Part shown: positions 52,817 to 61,232 of the stretch, piece after piece | Layout of the letters: the number at the start of each line of letters is the position of its first letter | Numbering within the stretch: position 1 is the stretch's first letter | Origin: Syntrophobacteraceae bacterium | GTDB taxonomy: Bacteria; Desulfobacterota; Syntrophobacteria; Syntrophobacterales; Syntrophobacteraceae | Direction of reading: 5' to 3' | DNA length: 63,150 nt | NCBI GenBank assembly: GCA_035624985.1 | Contig: DASPQK010000307.1 | Span: 1 to 63,150 of the forward strand | Notes under the pieces: generated by a model | What the model was told of the DNA's origin: nothing | Database searches by the model: none | Seen by the model: only the letters and a program-made list of their open reading frames with translations | Translations under genes and position numbers: made by a program

Positions 52817-54541
52817 CTACAGCTGCGTAAGGAGCATTTCGGTAATGCTCTTTCCGGGCGGAACAATCGGATAGACGTTTTCTTCGGCAACCACATGGAA
52901 ATCCATGAGGACCGGGCTTTTAACGGAGAAACCCTTTCGCAGGACCGGTTCGACTTCCTCAGGCCGCTGGGCCCTCAGTCCCACGGCCCCATAGGCTTCG
53001 GCCAGCTTGACGAAATCGGGGGAGCCCTCCAGGCAGGACCCCGTATATTCCTTCTCATAGAAAAGCTCCTGCCATTGGCGCGGCAGACCGAGATAGGTGT
53101 TGTTGATGATGACGACTTTGACCGGGATATTGTTACAAACCGCGGTGCACAGTTCCTGAATGTTCATCTGAATGCTTCCGTCACCTGCGATGTCTATCAC
53201 GAGCTTATCGGGAAAAGCCACCTGGGCGCCGATCGCCGCCGGAAAACCATACCCCATTGTGCCAAGGCCGCCCGAGGTGAGCAGGGTGCGCGGGCGGTTG
53301 AACTTGAAGAATTGAGCGGTCCACATCTGGTGCTGGCCCACTTCGGTTGTAATTATGGCATCGTAGCCCGCGACCTCCTGAATCTTTTCGATAACGTACT
53401 GCGGCTTTATCAGATCGGATTCCGGGCAGTAGGAAAGGGGGTGTTCCTTTTCCCACTTTGCTATCTGGTCAAACCATGGAGCGCGCACTTCGGCAAGACC
53501 CTCGATCGGCTCGTTTTCAGCGAGTCTTATGATCTGCTGGAGCGCATTTTTGCAGTCGCCCACAACAGGAATATCGGCGACAACGTTTTTGCCGATACTG
53601 GTCGGGTCGATGTCCACATGGACTATTTTGGCTCTTGGGGCAAATGTGCTGATCTTTCCCGTTACACGATCGTCGAAACGCACGCCTACCGCAAAGATAA
53701 GGTCCGCATGAGACAGGGCCATGTTGGCCTGGTAGGTGCCGTGCATGCCGGGCATACCGAGCCAGAGCGGGTCAGGCCTCCTGAGGCCTTTATCGTCAAT
53801 GGTGGTAGCAGGAAAGCAGCCCAGCCCCATCAGGGAGCAGGTAACCGGCGCCTGGATGAGCCTGGCAAACCTGGCCAGTTCATCCGCAGACTCCGATATA
53901 ATGATGCCCCCCCCGGCGAAAATGACCGGCGACCTGGCTTTGGAGATAAGCTGGTAAGCCTTCGCGATCTGCCCGGCATGCGCTTCGATCGTCGGGCGGT
54001 AGCCCGGCAGGTCCACTTTCCTGGGGTATTTAAAATCTGCAAAGGATTGAACCACGTCTTTAGGTATATCAACAACCACCGGCCCGGGGCGGCCGGAACG
54101 CGCCAGGTAAAACGCTTCTTTTATCGTCACAGCCAGATCGTCGACGTGCCGCACAAGGTAGCTGTGCTTGGTGCAGGGCCGAGTGATGCCGATGATATCC
54201 ACCTCCTGGAAGGCGTCGTCTCCAATGAGGGGGGTCGGGACCTGGCCCGTGAATACGACTATCGGGACAGAATCCATATTTGCAGTGGCAATGCCCGTTA
54301 CCGTGTTCGTTGCTCCAGGGCCGGAGGTCACCAGGCAGACCCCCACGCGGCCCGATGCCCTTGCGTATCCATCCGCCATATGGGTTGCGCCCTGCTCGTG
54401 GCGAACCAGGATGTGCCTGATGTTATGCCTAGCCATCTCATGATAGATGTCCAAAACCGCGCCGCCCGGAAACCCGAATATGACCTCGACACCCTCTTTT
54501 TTCAAAGACTCGAAAAATATTTGTGAACCCTTCAATTTCAT
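52817..54541 (-). CDS. ilvB: Acetolactate synthase large subunit
   Basis: ThDP-enzyme motifs (GGLGTMGYGFPAAIGA, GDGSIQMNIQEL). Start at MKLKGSQIFFESL (ATG 54541). Confidence 0.93.
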   Translation of the reverse strand: MKLKGSQIFFESLKKEGVEVIFGFPGGAVLDIYHEMARHNIRHILVRHEQGATHMADGYARASGRVGVCLVTSGPGATNTVTGIATANMDSVPIVVFTGQVPTPLIGDDAFQEVDIIGITRPCTKHSYLVRHVDDLAVTIKEAFYLARSGRPGPVVVDIPKDVVQSFADFKYPRKVDLPGYRPTIEAHAGQIAKAYQLISKARSPVIFAGGGIIISESADELARFARLIQAPVTCSLMGLGCFPATTIDDKGLRRPDPLWLGMPGMHGTYQANMALSHADLIFAVGVRFDDRVTGKISTFAPRAKIVHVDIDPTSIGKNVVADIPVVGDCKNALQQIIRLAENEPIEGLAEVRAPWFDQIAKWEKEHPLSYCPESDLIKPQYVIEKIQEVAGYDAIITTEVGQHQMWTAQFFKFNRPRTLLTSGGLGTMGYGFPAAIGAQVAFPDKLVIDIAGDGSIQMNIQELCTAVCNNIPVKVVIINNTYLGLPRQWQELFYEKEYTGSCLEGSPDFVKLAEAYGAVGLRAQRPEEVEPVLRKGFSVKSPVLMDFHVVAEENVYPIVPPGKSITEMLLTQL

Positions 54542-54840
54542 GGAAACCCTTGATTTGCCCCCTTTTATGCCTTGACTGTCAAAGCGCATATTGTGGATAC
54601 CAGCAGGTGAAACCCCGAACCCGAGAGGGCCGATTGTTACGTGCTGTCCGGATAGTTAAATTAAAATTCTAACAGCAAGCAAGTCCGCGTGTCAATTGGC
54701 TTCATAGCCTCGCAGCGGGGCAAAGATCATTAAGTTCACAAAAACCCTTTCCGTTTTCACGGCAATACCGGTGAATAACCGCCGCGCTTTGCGAGTGAAC
54801 AGCGGACATAGAGAACGAAAATTCGGCCACATACGCTAGG

Positions 54841-54958
54841 CTTCCCGCTGCATTCGCTGTTAATACAGGGAAATTCGCTCCTCCTGCCGGACAACATGTT
54901 GATTTTGTTGTAGATTTTGGATTTTGCCGTCTGAAATAACAGCGAATAACAGCGGGAG
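54841..54958. repeat. 118-bp MITE-like element or long hairpin bounded by ~27-bp imperfect inverted repeats
   Basis: Left arm cttcccgctgcattcgctgttaatacag. Right arm ctgaaataacagcgaataacagcgggag, whose reverse complement is ctcccgctgttattcgctgttatttcag. Confidence 0.55.
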
Positions 54959-55371
54959 TTATTGAAAATCTGTCATAAAAACAAGAGGATATGAGTTTTT
55001 TATTCATCTGCGGGCCCCTCGTTCGGTCGCCTGATGAGAGATTTGCCGAGTTTGTGAAGATTGTGGCCGTAAATTCCGGGCTGCATTGTACTTCATTGTA
55101 AGAAGTGATGTCAAGAAATAAATGAAGTAAAAAAGACTTTTTTCCTGTTGGACGCGTGCTACCGGGTTGGGACGAAGGAATCAAGGTTCATCCGGCAAAA
55201 GAGCATGTGCGGTGATCAACGAAAAGCCGCTGAGATCCCCTTTCGCGGCCTTCGTGCCCGCTTCGTGGAAGTCTTAGCCAAACTCTTTGCGAAAATGGAA
55301 TTAGGACGTAATGGATCTGCTTTATTACTCTTTTGAAGCAAAAAGGTTCCATGTTGATTCTTGACTTTTTA

Positions 55372-55850
55372 TCTTCTTCGTGGCTCTTCGTGATCTTCGT
55401 GGTGAGTCCTTCCGCCCGCCGATTTTGTTGAACCACGAAGGGCACCACGGGCATTTTTCTCACCACGAAGGGCACGAAGATCACGAAGCAAAGCGCTTGG
55501 GCGGGAAAAGTTCAGGGTACAAGAGAACGCCGGATAATGGAGCATAGAACATTTCGTTTTTCGGTCTTCGGTTTCACAATGTACACTTGTCTTTCTTCGA
55601 GCTCTTCGTGTCGTGGTGACCCCTTCCGCCCGCAGTTTTTGTTCAACCACGAAGGGCGCGAAGGGCATTTTTCTCACCACGAAGAGCACGAAGATCACGA
55701 AGCAAAGCGCTCGGCGGGAAAAGTTCAGGGTACAAGAGAACGCCGGATAATGGAGCATAGAACATTTCGTTTTTCGGTCTTCGGTTTCACAATGTACACT
55801 TGTCTTTCTTCGAGCTCTTCGTGTCCTTCGTGGTGAAAGAAGCATCGTCG
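55372..55850. repeat. Tandem repeat, ~2.2 copies of a 213-218-bp unit containing CTTCGTG/CACGAAG heptamer hairpin arms
   Basis: atggagcatagaacatttcg recurs at 55537 and 55750. cttcgagctcttcgtg recurs at 55595 and 55808 (213-bp period). Track ORFs here translate as internally repeated peptide. Confidence 0.9.
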
Positions 55851-56192
55851 CGAAGAGCGCTAAGACAGCAAGGCATTGCAGCCGGAGCGCCATGCCAACA
55901 GAATTGCCGTGTACAGGAGAGTCAAACACCAAAACCAGCTTGAAGCCCCTCGGGGCGGCCCAGCCGGGACAGGGCAGCGTGGCCACGAAGCAAAAGATGA
56001 AGACCACGAAGAAAGCTCGGGGGTGCTCGGTTCCCGGAAGACCCTAAGAATATAGGAGAAAGGCTCGCGGCCTGGACAGGCGCCACAAGGAGATCGGACG
56101 TCAAGAAGGCACGGCATGATCTGCGGCAAGAATCTCAGCTTGGGATGTTTTATCAATTCCTTTTTCTCAATCCTTGTAATGCGTAACATAAC

Positions 56193-56492
56193 ATGTTACA
56201 ACCCGCCATCATGATAAAGAGATTTGCGCAGGCCTGGCTCGAAGATTTTTGGAACGAAGGGAAGCACGGACATGTGCCCGCAGAGCTCACTCAGAGGCTC
56301 CTCCGGAAGCTTGATATGGTTAACCGCTCAAAAGAACTAAGGGACTTGGCTGCGCCACCTTCAAACCGCCTCCACCCTTTGCGCGGAAATCGCCGGGGGC
56401 AATGGGCTGTTTCGGTAAGCGGTCCCTGGCGCCTGTGTTTTCGCTTTCAAGGTGGACATGTCTTTGACCTGGAGCTTGTCCAGTACCACTGA
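56193..56492 (+). CDS. higB: HigB-family toxin (plasmid maintenance killer protein, RelE fold)
   Basis: MIKRFAQAWLEDFW...LRKLDMVNRSKELRDL..PPSNRLHPLRGNRRGQWAVSVSGPWRLCFRFQGGHVFDLELVQYH. The probable start is ATG 56211. Confidence 0.88.
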   Translation: MLQPAIMIKRFAQAWLEDFWNEGKHGHVPAELTQRLLRKLDMVNRSKELRDLAAPPSNRLHPLRGNRRGQWAVSVSGPWRLCFRFQGGHVFDLELVQYH

Positions 56493-56506
56493 ACAGGAGG
56501 TAAACC

Positions 56507-56815
56507 ATGATTCCCAAGAGCCGACGACCCACGCCCCCTGGAGAGATACTCCTGCACGAGTTTATCGAACCCCTGGGACTCACTCAGAAGGAACTGGCCG
56601 AAGCGTTGGGGATAACAAGGATCCGAGTTAACGAGATTATCCGTGGAAGGCGGGGCGTCACTCCCGATACCGCCTTTCGCCTTTCGAAATTCTTTGGAAC
56701 GACGGTTGATTTCTGGATCGGACTTCAGGCGGATGTCGACATGTGGGACACCTTGCGGACACACGGAAGCGAATACGAGCGGATCAAGCCAATAGCTCAA
56801 GCGGCGAACGAGTAA
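56507..56815 (+). CDS. higA: HigA-family antitoxin (XRE HTH)
   Basis: PGEILLHEFIEPLGLTQKELAEALGITRIRVNEIIRGRRGVTPDTAFRLSKFFGTTVDFWIGLQ. Confidence 0.9.
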   Translation: MIPKSRRPTPPGEILLHEFIEPLGLTQKELAEALGITRIRVNEIIRGRRGVTPDTAFRLSKFFGTTVDFWIGLQADVDMWDTLRTHGSEYERIKPIAQAANE

Positions 56816-56824
56816 CATATCATT

Positions 56825-57028
56825 TCAAAGACAAATACGATCAAGCGCACTTACAACTCCCGCCGATATTCCGATCAAATAGTCGAGCGTTGTCACAGTT
56901 GATGCACACAACCAACCTTCAATCTCACCGGACTCAACCATCGAAAGGCATCCGGCGGCGTCCTGTGAGAAAGGCCCCTTGTCAAGCAGGAGGTCCAAGA
57001 TCACATTTGTCTCGAAGAGCACTTTCAA
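56825..57028 (-). pseudogene. vapC: PIN-domain VapC toxin, C-terminally truncated (N-terminal ~60 aa only)
   Basis: MKVLFETNVILDLLLDKGPFSQDAA...GEIEGWLCASTVTTLDYLI matches the first half of a PIN domain. The distal acidic residues are missing. The ORF ends 10 nt from the higA stop. Confidence 0.6.
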
Positions 57029-57267
57029 AGGTGTTTCTCCTCAAGATATCCATGGTGGTCTTCCGCCCTGGCGCCAGTCCCCTTGAGCAGGCCTTTGAGT
57101 GATGCAATCTTTGGGGTGATCTCTTCGATCTCGTCAGGTGGAGGCGCATCGAGTTTTTCAAAGTAATCAGCCACTATTTTTGAGACCGATTTCCCGGTCT
57201 TCTTTGAAAACCTCTTCGCTTTCCTGATAAGCCCTTCGTCCAGGCGCAACGTCAGCTTACTCTGCAC
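57025..57267 (-). CDS. vapB: VapB-type antitoxin (DUF6364/RHH-like)
   Basis: GTG start after a GGAGA RBS. KLTLRLDEGLIRKAKRFSKKTGKSVSKIVADYFEKL. 4-nt overlap with vapC. Confidence 0.6.
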   Translation of the reverse strand: MQSKLTLRLDEGLIRKAKRFSKKTGKSVSKIVADYFEKLDAPPPDEIEEITPKIASLKGLLKGTGARAEDHHGYLEEKHL

Positions 57268-57286
57268 TGGTCATCTCCATAATTAT

Positions 57287-57313
57287 GACGTATAAGTATT
57301 ACAAATTATACGT
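57287..57313. promoter_or_regulatory. Perfect 9-bp inverted repeat upstream of vapB (candidate autoregulatory operator)
   Basis: gacgtataa-gtattacaa-ttatacgtc, 20-46 nt upstream of the vapB start. Confidence 0.45.
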
Positions 57314-57563
57314 CTTCGGCAAATGGATGTCAAATTTCGAAAACGCCAGCTTTGGAGTGAATGTTATTGAAATGATAGTCCCTTGCGGGATTCGTGGTCA
57401 AGGTGGATATGCATAGACTCACTTTCCCCGACCTTTCGCTAAACTTTCGCCAAACGAGACGAATTTTGGCGAAAGTTGACGGATTTTAACGGACTCAAAA
57501 CAATGACAAGGTGAGACTATGTTGTCGTACATCTTGAGTTTTACTGGATTTGACGAGTCAACC

Positions 57564-59060
57564 GGCTAACCCAAAAACCGGGTTTTAAGCCCGTCTCCCG
57601 CTCCACATCTAAGAAAATCGCGAAATTCTGATTGCGGCCCATGGTTGCGGTTTTGCTTTTGGTTCATCCGGCTAACGAGTACCTCTGTGTATGAAGGTGG
57701 TAGAGCCTGAGTTTAAAGTACTCAGCATCTCGGAACCTGTAGGCCTGCCTTTTGAGAGTCTTGATTTTATTGATCAGGCCTTCGACAGCGCCGCTTGTGA
57801 TGCGATGATCGAAGTAGTTGAGAAGACCCGTGCGATAGGCGGCAAGGGTCTTTCCAACTCGCTTGAGGGCCTTAATCCCTGAGTTCATGGCATCCCGGCA
57901 CCAGATGACGAGAAATTGCTCGGCCTCTTTGCGGTCCGTCTTTTCCCAGAAGAGTCTCAACTGTTCTTTCATGGAATGGATCTCAAAGAGAGGGCGGTTG
58001 ACACTGAGCAGGGCATCGAGCCTGGCTTTGTGGTCAGGTTCAAGAGAATCGTAGTTACGCAGCAGCAAGAAACGGCTACCTTTAAGGGTTTGACGACCCA
58101 GGGAATCGAGTTCTGCCTGGTGATCGCGCCTGAGCTCATCGATGGCTTGGTTCATGAGCGAGACGACATGAAAGCGATCAAAGACAACCTTTACGCCGGG
58201 CAGCGTTTCACGGACCGCCCAGAAGTAAGAACTGCTCATGTCCATCGCCACGGCTTCCAGCTTCTTCCCTCTCCTGGCCAGACTTTTCAGGAAGGGCAGG
58301 ATGTCCTCTTTGCCCTTTCCTTTGACAGCGTGAAGGACTCTGCCGGAATGCAGATCGGTAACTACGGTCATATAATGGTAGCCCTCTTTAAAGCTGAACT
58401 CGTCAATGCCGATCACCTTCACTTTATGAAGAGGGATTTTCCGATAAAGGAATCGCAACCTCTCTTTGTGGATGTTTTTGACCAGGTCCCAACCCGCGCC
58501 AAGGAATTCTGCGACCGAGCGGATCGTCCCGAATTTGAGCAGGTCCAGCACAGTCAGGGCAAAAGACCGAACAAAGCGGTGGGTCCCGACCATAAATGGA
58601 AGTGCAGGCCACCACAGAGTCGAACACTCACAGCACTGTGCACGGTGGAGGACAAGATCCAGGAGACACTTCTTGCGTCCAATGGGCCCCATCTGGAACC
58701 ACCTTCGCTTCTGCCCCTTAAAGATTGTTCGTCGGGAGCCGCAATGAGGACACCGGATAACCTGTTTGTTCATTTCGGCTCTGAAAATCATCGTGTCTGC
58801 CAGAAAACTGATTCCTCGGTACTCAATACCCTTCAGCCCAAAAGCATGGTACAGTATCGACGTGGACATGGTTTGGACCTCCTCCGTAGTGTTCGATTGC
58901 CGTCAAACAACACGGACGGAACTTGCCATGTCCATTTTTTGTTTTCAAAGACTATTCAGGTACGCGTTTCTCGGAAGACCCTTGCTTTTTTGGGCTTCTG
59001 AAAGGATGCAGAGGCCCGTTTTCTTTTGGACGCTGGACTTAAACGCACGATAGTATAGCC
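57564..59060 (-). mobile_element. ISL3-family insertion sequence (boundaries tentative)
   Basis: Contains the ISL3 transposase. Candidate ends GGCTAACCC...GTTTTAAGCCC (57564) and, in reverse complement, GGCTATACT...GTTTAAGTCC (59060) match only loosely. No target-site duplication seen. Confidence 0.4.
57664..58869 (-). CDS. ISL3-family transposase
   Basis: N-terminal zinc ribbon (CPHCGS...CCEC), then a DDE_Tnp_ISL3 layout (IGIDEFSFKEGYHYMTVVTDL..., AMDMSSSY, NSGIKALKRV, SGAVEGLINKIK). 401 aa, intact. Confidence 0.9.
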   Translation of the reverse strand: MSTSILYHAFGLKGIEYRGISFLADTMIFRAEMNKQVIRCPHCGSRRTIFKGQKRRWFQMGPIGRKKCLLDLVLHRAQCCECSTLWWPALPFMVGTHRFVRSFALTVLDLLKFGTIRSVAEFLGAGWDLVKNIHKERLRFLYRKIPLHKVKVIGIDEFSFKEGYHYMTVVTDLHSGRVLHAVKGKGKEDILPFLKSLARRGKKLEAVAMDMSSSYFWAVRETLPGVKVVFDRFHVVSLMNQAIDELRRDHQAELDSLGRQTLKGSRFLLLRNYDSLEPDHKARLDALLSVNRPLFEIHSMKEQLRLFWEKTDRKEAEQFLVIWCRDAMNSGIKALKRVGKTLAAYRTGLLNYFDHRITSGAVEGLINKIKTLKRQAYRFRDAEYFKLRLYHLHTQRYSLAG

Positions 59061-59470
59061 GCTGTTGGGTGGACATCTGGCACAAAGCTTGGAAACTATT
59101 GTTCCGAAACGCACTCCTAGCGTATCATGGATTTGGGATACTCCCTGAACGATTACTCGTGGTCCAGTTGAGATTACCGAGTGACGGGGCTTGCGACGAG
59201 AGCGAAAGCGCGGAGGATTTCCGGCGCGGATGAAGGAGCCGCCCTGGGGAGAGGCCCGATGCTTAGAGCCTCAATTTGGGGCCGAAGTGGGCTTCTAAGG
59301 GCTGTTAAGCCATGCGCTTTTGACATTTTCCCTGAGGGATTGGGCTGTTATCTTGGTTCGACACTCCGGACATTTGATGGATTGCCTCTGATAAGGGCTT
59401 TTTGCAAACAAAATGAAGGAAAGATGTGGTAAGAAGGTGGCAACAATAACAACAAGGGCAAGGATTCAAC

Positions 59471-60352
59471 GTGTCGAACAATCCACTTGCTGAAGTTTTT
59501 GGTTTTCCCATAGACAACATGTCCGAAGAAGCGAAACGCTACCGAAAAGGGAAGCTATGCCCGTTCAACAACAGGGTCCCCAACTGCACGAAGGACAAGG
59601 CTTTAGACCCTTTAGGAGTTTGCTCGATCTTCGATGAGGCTGGTGACCCAACTGTAACTTGCCCGATTCGCTTCCGCCAAAATTGGACAATTGCGGAGGA
59701 TGCCGCTGCCTTTTTCTTCGCACCGAACTCTCTCTGGACCTCACTGACAGAGGTACGCTTAAAAGACGGTAACGGCCTGTCAGCCGGCAACATCGACGTT
59801 GTTCTTGTATCTTATGATGAATGGGGGAAGATTCTTGATTTTGGCTCTCTGGAAGTGCAGGCGGTTTACATCTCTGGGAATATCAGAAACCCCTTCGCTA
59901 GCTATATGAAAGATCCGGATGGCTATTCAAAAAAGGGATGGGATGGCCCAAATTACCCGCGCGCCGATTACTTGTCATCATCCCGTAAGAGGTTGGCTCC
60001 GCAAATATTTTACAAGGGTGGAATATTCAGGCAATGGAACAAAAAGCAAGCTGTTGCTTTGCATAAGTCCTTTTACGCAACTCTGCCTGCATTGCCGGAG
60101 GTAAAGCCTGAAAAGGCGGATATAGCCTGGTTTCTTTACGATTTGAAGTTGAGCAAGGGAGAAAACCGTTTCACCTTGAGCGAACACCAAACAATCTACA
60201 CGGCTTATGAGCCTGCCTTGGAACTCATCACAAAAGCCCCGGCCGGCCCGATAGAGGAATTCATGGAACATCTTCAGTTGAAACTGCATGGGCGGCTTAG
60301 CGCGCCGGACGCCCCTACACTACAAGATATCTTTAACGAGAATGAGGAGTGA
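59471..60352 (+). CDS. NotI-family type II restriction endonuclease
   Basis: GTG start. N-terminal Cys4 pattern FGFP...CPFNNRVPNCTK...GVCSI...TCPIRF, as in the NotI iron-binding domain. LEVQAVYISGN core. GPNYPRADYL. Confidence 0.7.
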   Translation: MSNNPLAEVFGFPIDNMSEEAKRYRKGKLCPFNNRVPNCTKDKALDPLGVCSIFDEAGDPTVTCPIRFRQNWTIAEDAAAFFFAPNSLWTSLTEVRLKDGNGLSAGNIDVVLVSYDEWGKILDFGSLEVQAVYISGNIRNPFASYMKDPDGYSKKGWDGPNYPRADYLSSSRKRLAPQIFYKGGIFRQWNKKQAVALHKSFYATLPALPEVKPEKADIAWFLYDLKLSKGENRFTLSEHQTIYTAYEPALELITKAPAGPIEEFMEHLQLKLHGRLSAPDAPTLQDIFNENEE

Positions 60353-61229
60353 TTAAAAGCTCCTCGACCTCGTTGTGGTGGGTTCCTTTCATGGGAACAG
60401 TCGAGATGTGGAAATTTCGCCTCTCGGCCATGTTCCGCACTGATTCGGCGTCGTCATAGGTCATCATGAAATCGCCCCGGACTGTTTTTGCTATGTCGAA
60501 AAGCTGCTCATGGTCGATTTCAAAGAAAGTGTAAAGGCGGCTACCAGCGCGCTTTCCCGGTGCGGTATAGGGCGGGTCAATGAGATAGACAACATCCGGC
60601 CTGTCCGCCGTCTTACGCATGTATTGCATGCCATCGCCCTCAACAAAGGTAATCCGCTCACGAAATTTCATGATGTAGCGGATTCGTTTGGCCAGGGTCC
60701 GGGGGTACCACCTCGAAGCTATTCCTTTGCCGTTCTCGCCATTCTTGAGAAACCCGCTTCCCGCTGCAAGAATACCGCCATGAAACGTTCGATTTTTCAG
60801 AATAGTCTGAAATGCTTTCTCTCTCGTGGTAGTGGCGGATTCTTCTATAGCCTTCCTCGCATTAGCAAGGCTAAGGTCAAAGGCCAAAATCTTTTGGGCC
60901 AACCATTCCGCGTCACCACTCAAGATCGTATGCCAAACTGCTGAAATTTCAGGGTCTAGCTCAATCATCGTCACATGATCCGCTAGGTATTCATGCGCGA
61001 CAGTCAATCCGATGATCCCTCCACCGGCGAAGGTCTCGATAAAGTCGGCCGGTTTTTGCTGCCGTCTCTTAAGCCACTCGCGAACTGTTGGCACAAGCCA
61101 GGTTTTTCCACCCGGATACCTGAAGGGGCTAAGCTGTCTCACAGAAGCAACGTTGACGATCCTCTTTTTTGCCGGCTCTACTCCGACGAAGGATGTCTGC
61201 CGCAATGGCGCTTCTGATCTATGGAGCAT
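60333..61229 (-). CDS. D12-class (Dam-like) N6-adenine DNA methyltransferase
   Basis: FRYPGGKTWL, ETFAGGGIIG (SAM motif), IDPPYTA catalytic motif. Convergent with the endonuclease, with a 20-bp 3' overlap. Confidence 0.85.
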   Translation of the reverse strand: MLHRSEAPLRQTSFVGVEPAKKRIVNVASVRQLSPFRYPGGKTWLVPTVREWLKRRQQKPADFIETFAGGGIIGLTVAHEYLADHVTMIELDPEISAVWHTILSGDAEWLAQKILAFDLSLANARKAIEESATTTREKAFQTILKNRTFHGGILAAGSGFLKNGENGKGIASRWYPRTLAKRIRYIMKFRERITFVEGDGMQYMRKTADRPDVVYLIDPPYTAPGKRAGSRLYTFFEIDHEQLFDIAKTVRGDFMMTYDDAESVRNMAERRNFHISTVPMKGTHHNEVEELLITPHSR

Positions 61230-61232
61230 TGT

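Noticed and set aside
54702-55184. 160-aa minus-strand ORF and a 36-codon plus-strand ORF (about 54990-55100, MSFLFICGPLVRSPDERF..., with an AGAGGA RBS) in the AT-rich spacer upstream of ilvB.
   Set aside because: The long ORF has an odd Cys/Ser-rich composition and spans the MITE-like element. The short ORF's CGPLVRS is one residue short of the LMW-phosphatase CX5R(S/T) motif, and nothing else supports it.
55369-56007. Track ORFs 55369-56007 (212 aa), 55537-55836 (99 aa) and 55188-55484 taken as real genes, or the region taken as a CRISPR array.
   Set aside because: The peptides are internally duplicated because they translate the tandem DNA repeat. There is no RBS and no protein-like composition. 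The units are ~213 bp and near-identical throughout, which is not the short repeat plus unique spacer pattern of CRISPR, and no cas genes are present.
55860-56189. The missing C-terminal half of vapC might lie left of higB: the minus-strand reading ...LRITRIEKKELIKHPKLRFLPQ faintly resembles the ...ITRN.KDF... end of PIN domains.
   Set aside because: The similarity is only a few residues. The frame then runs on for ~100 non-PIN-like codons into the repeat field. A stop codon lies immediately upstream. This is too weak to claim.
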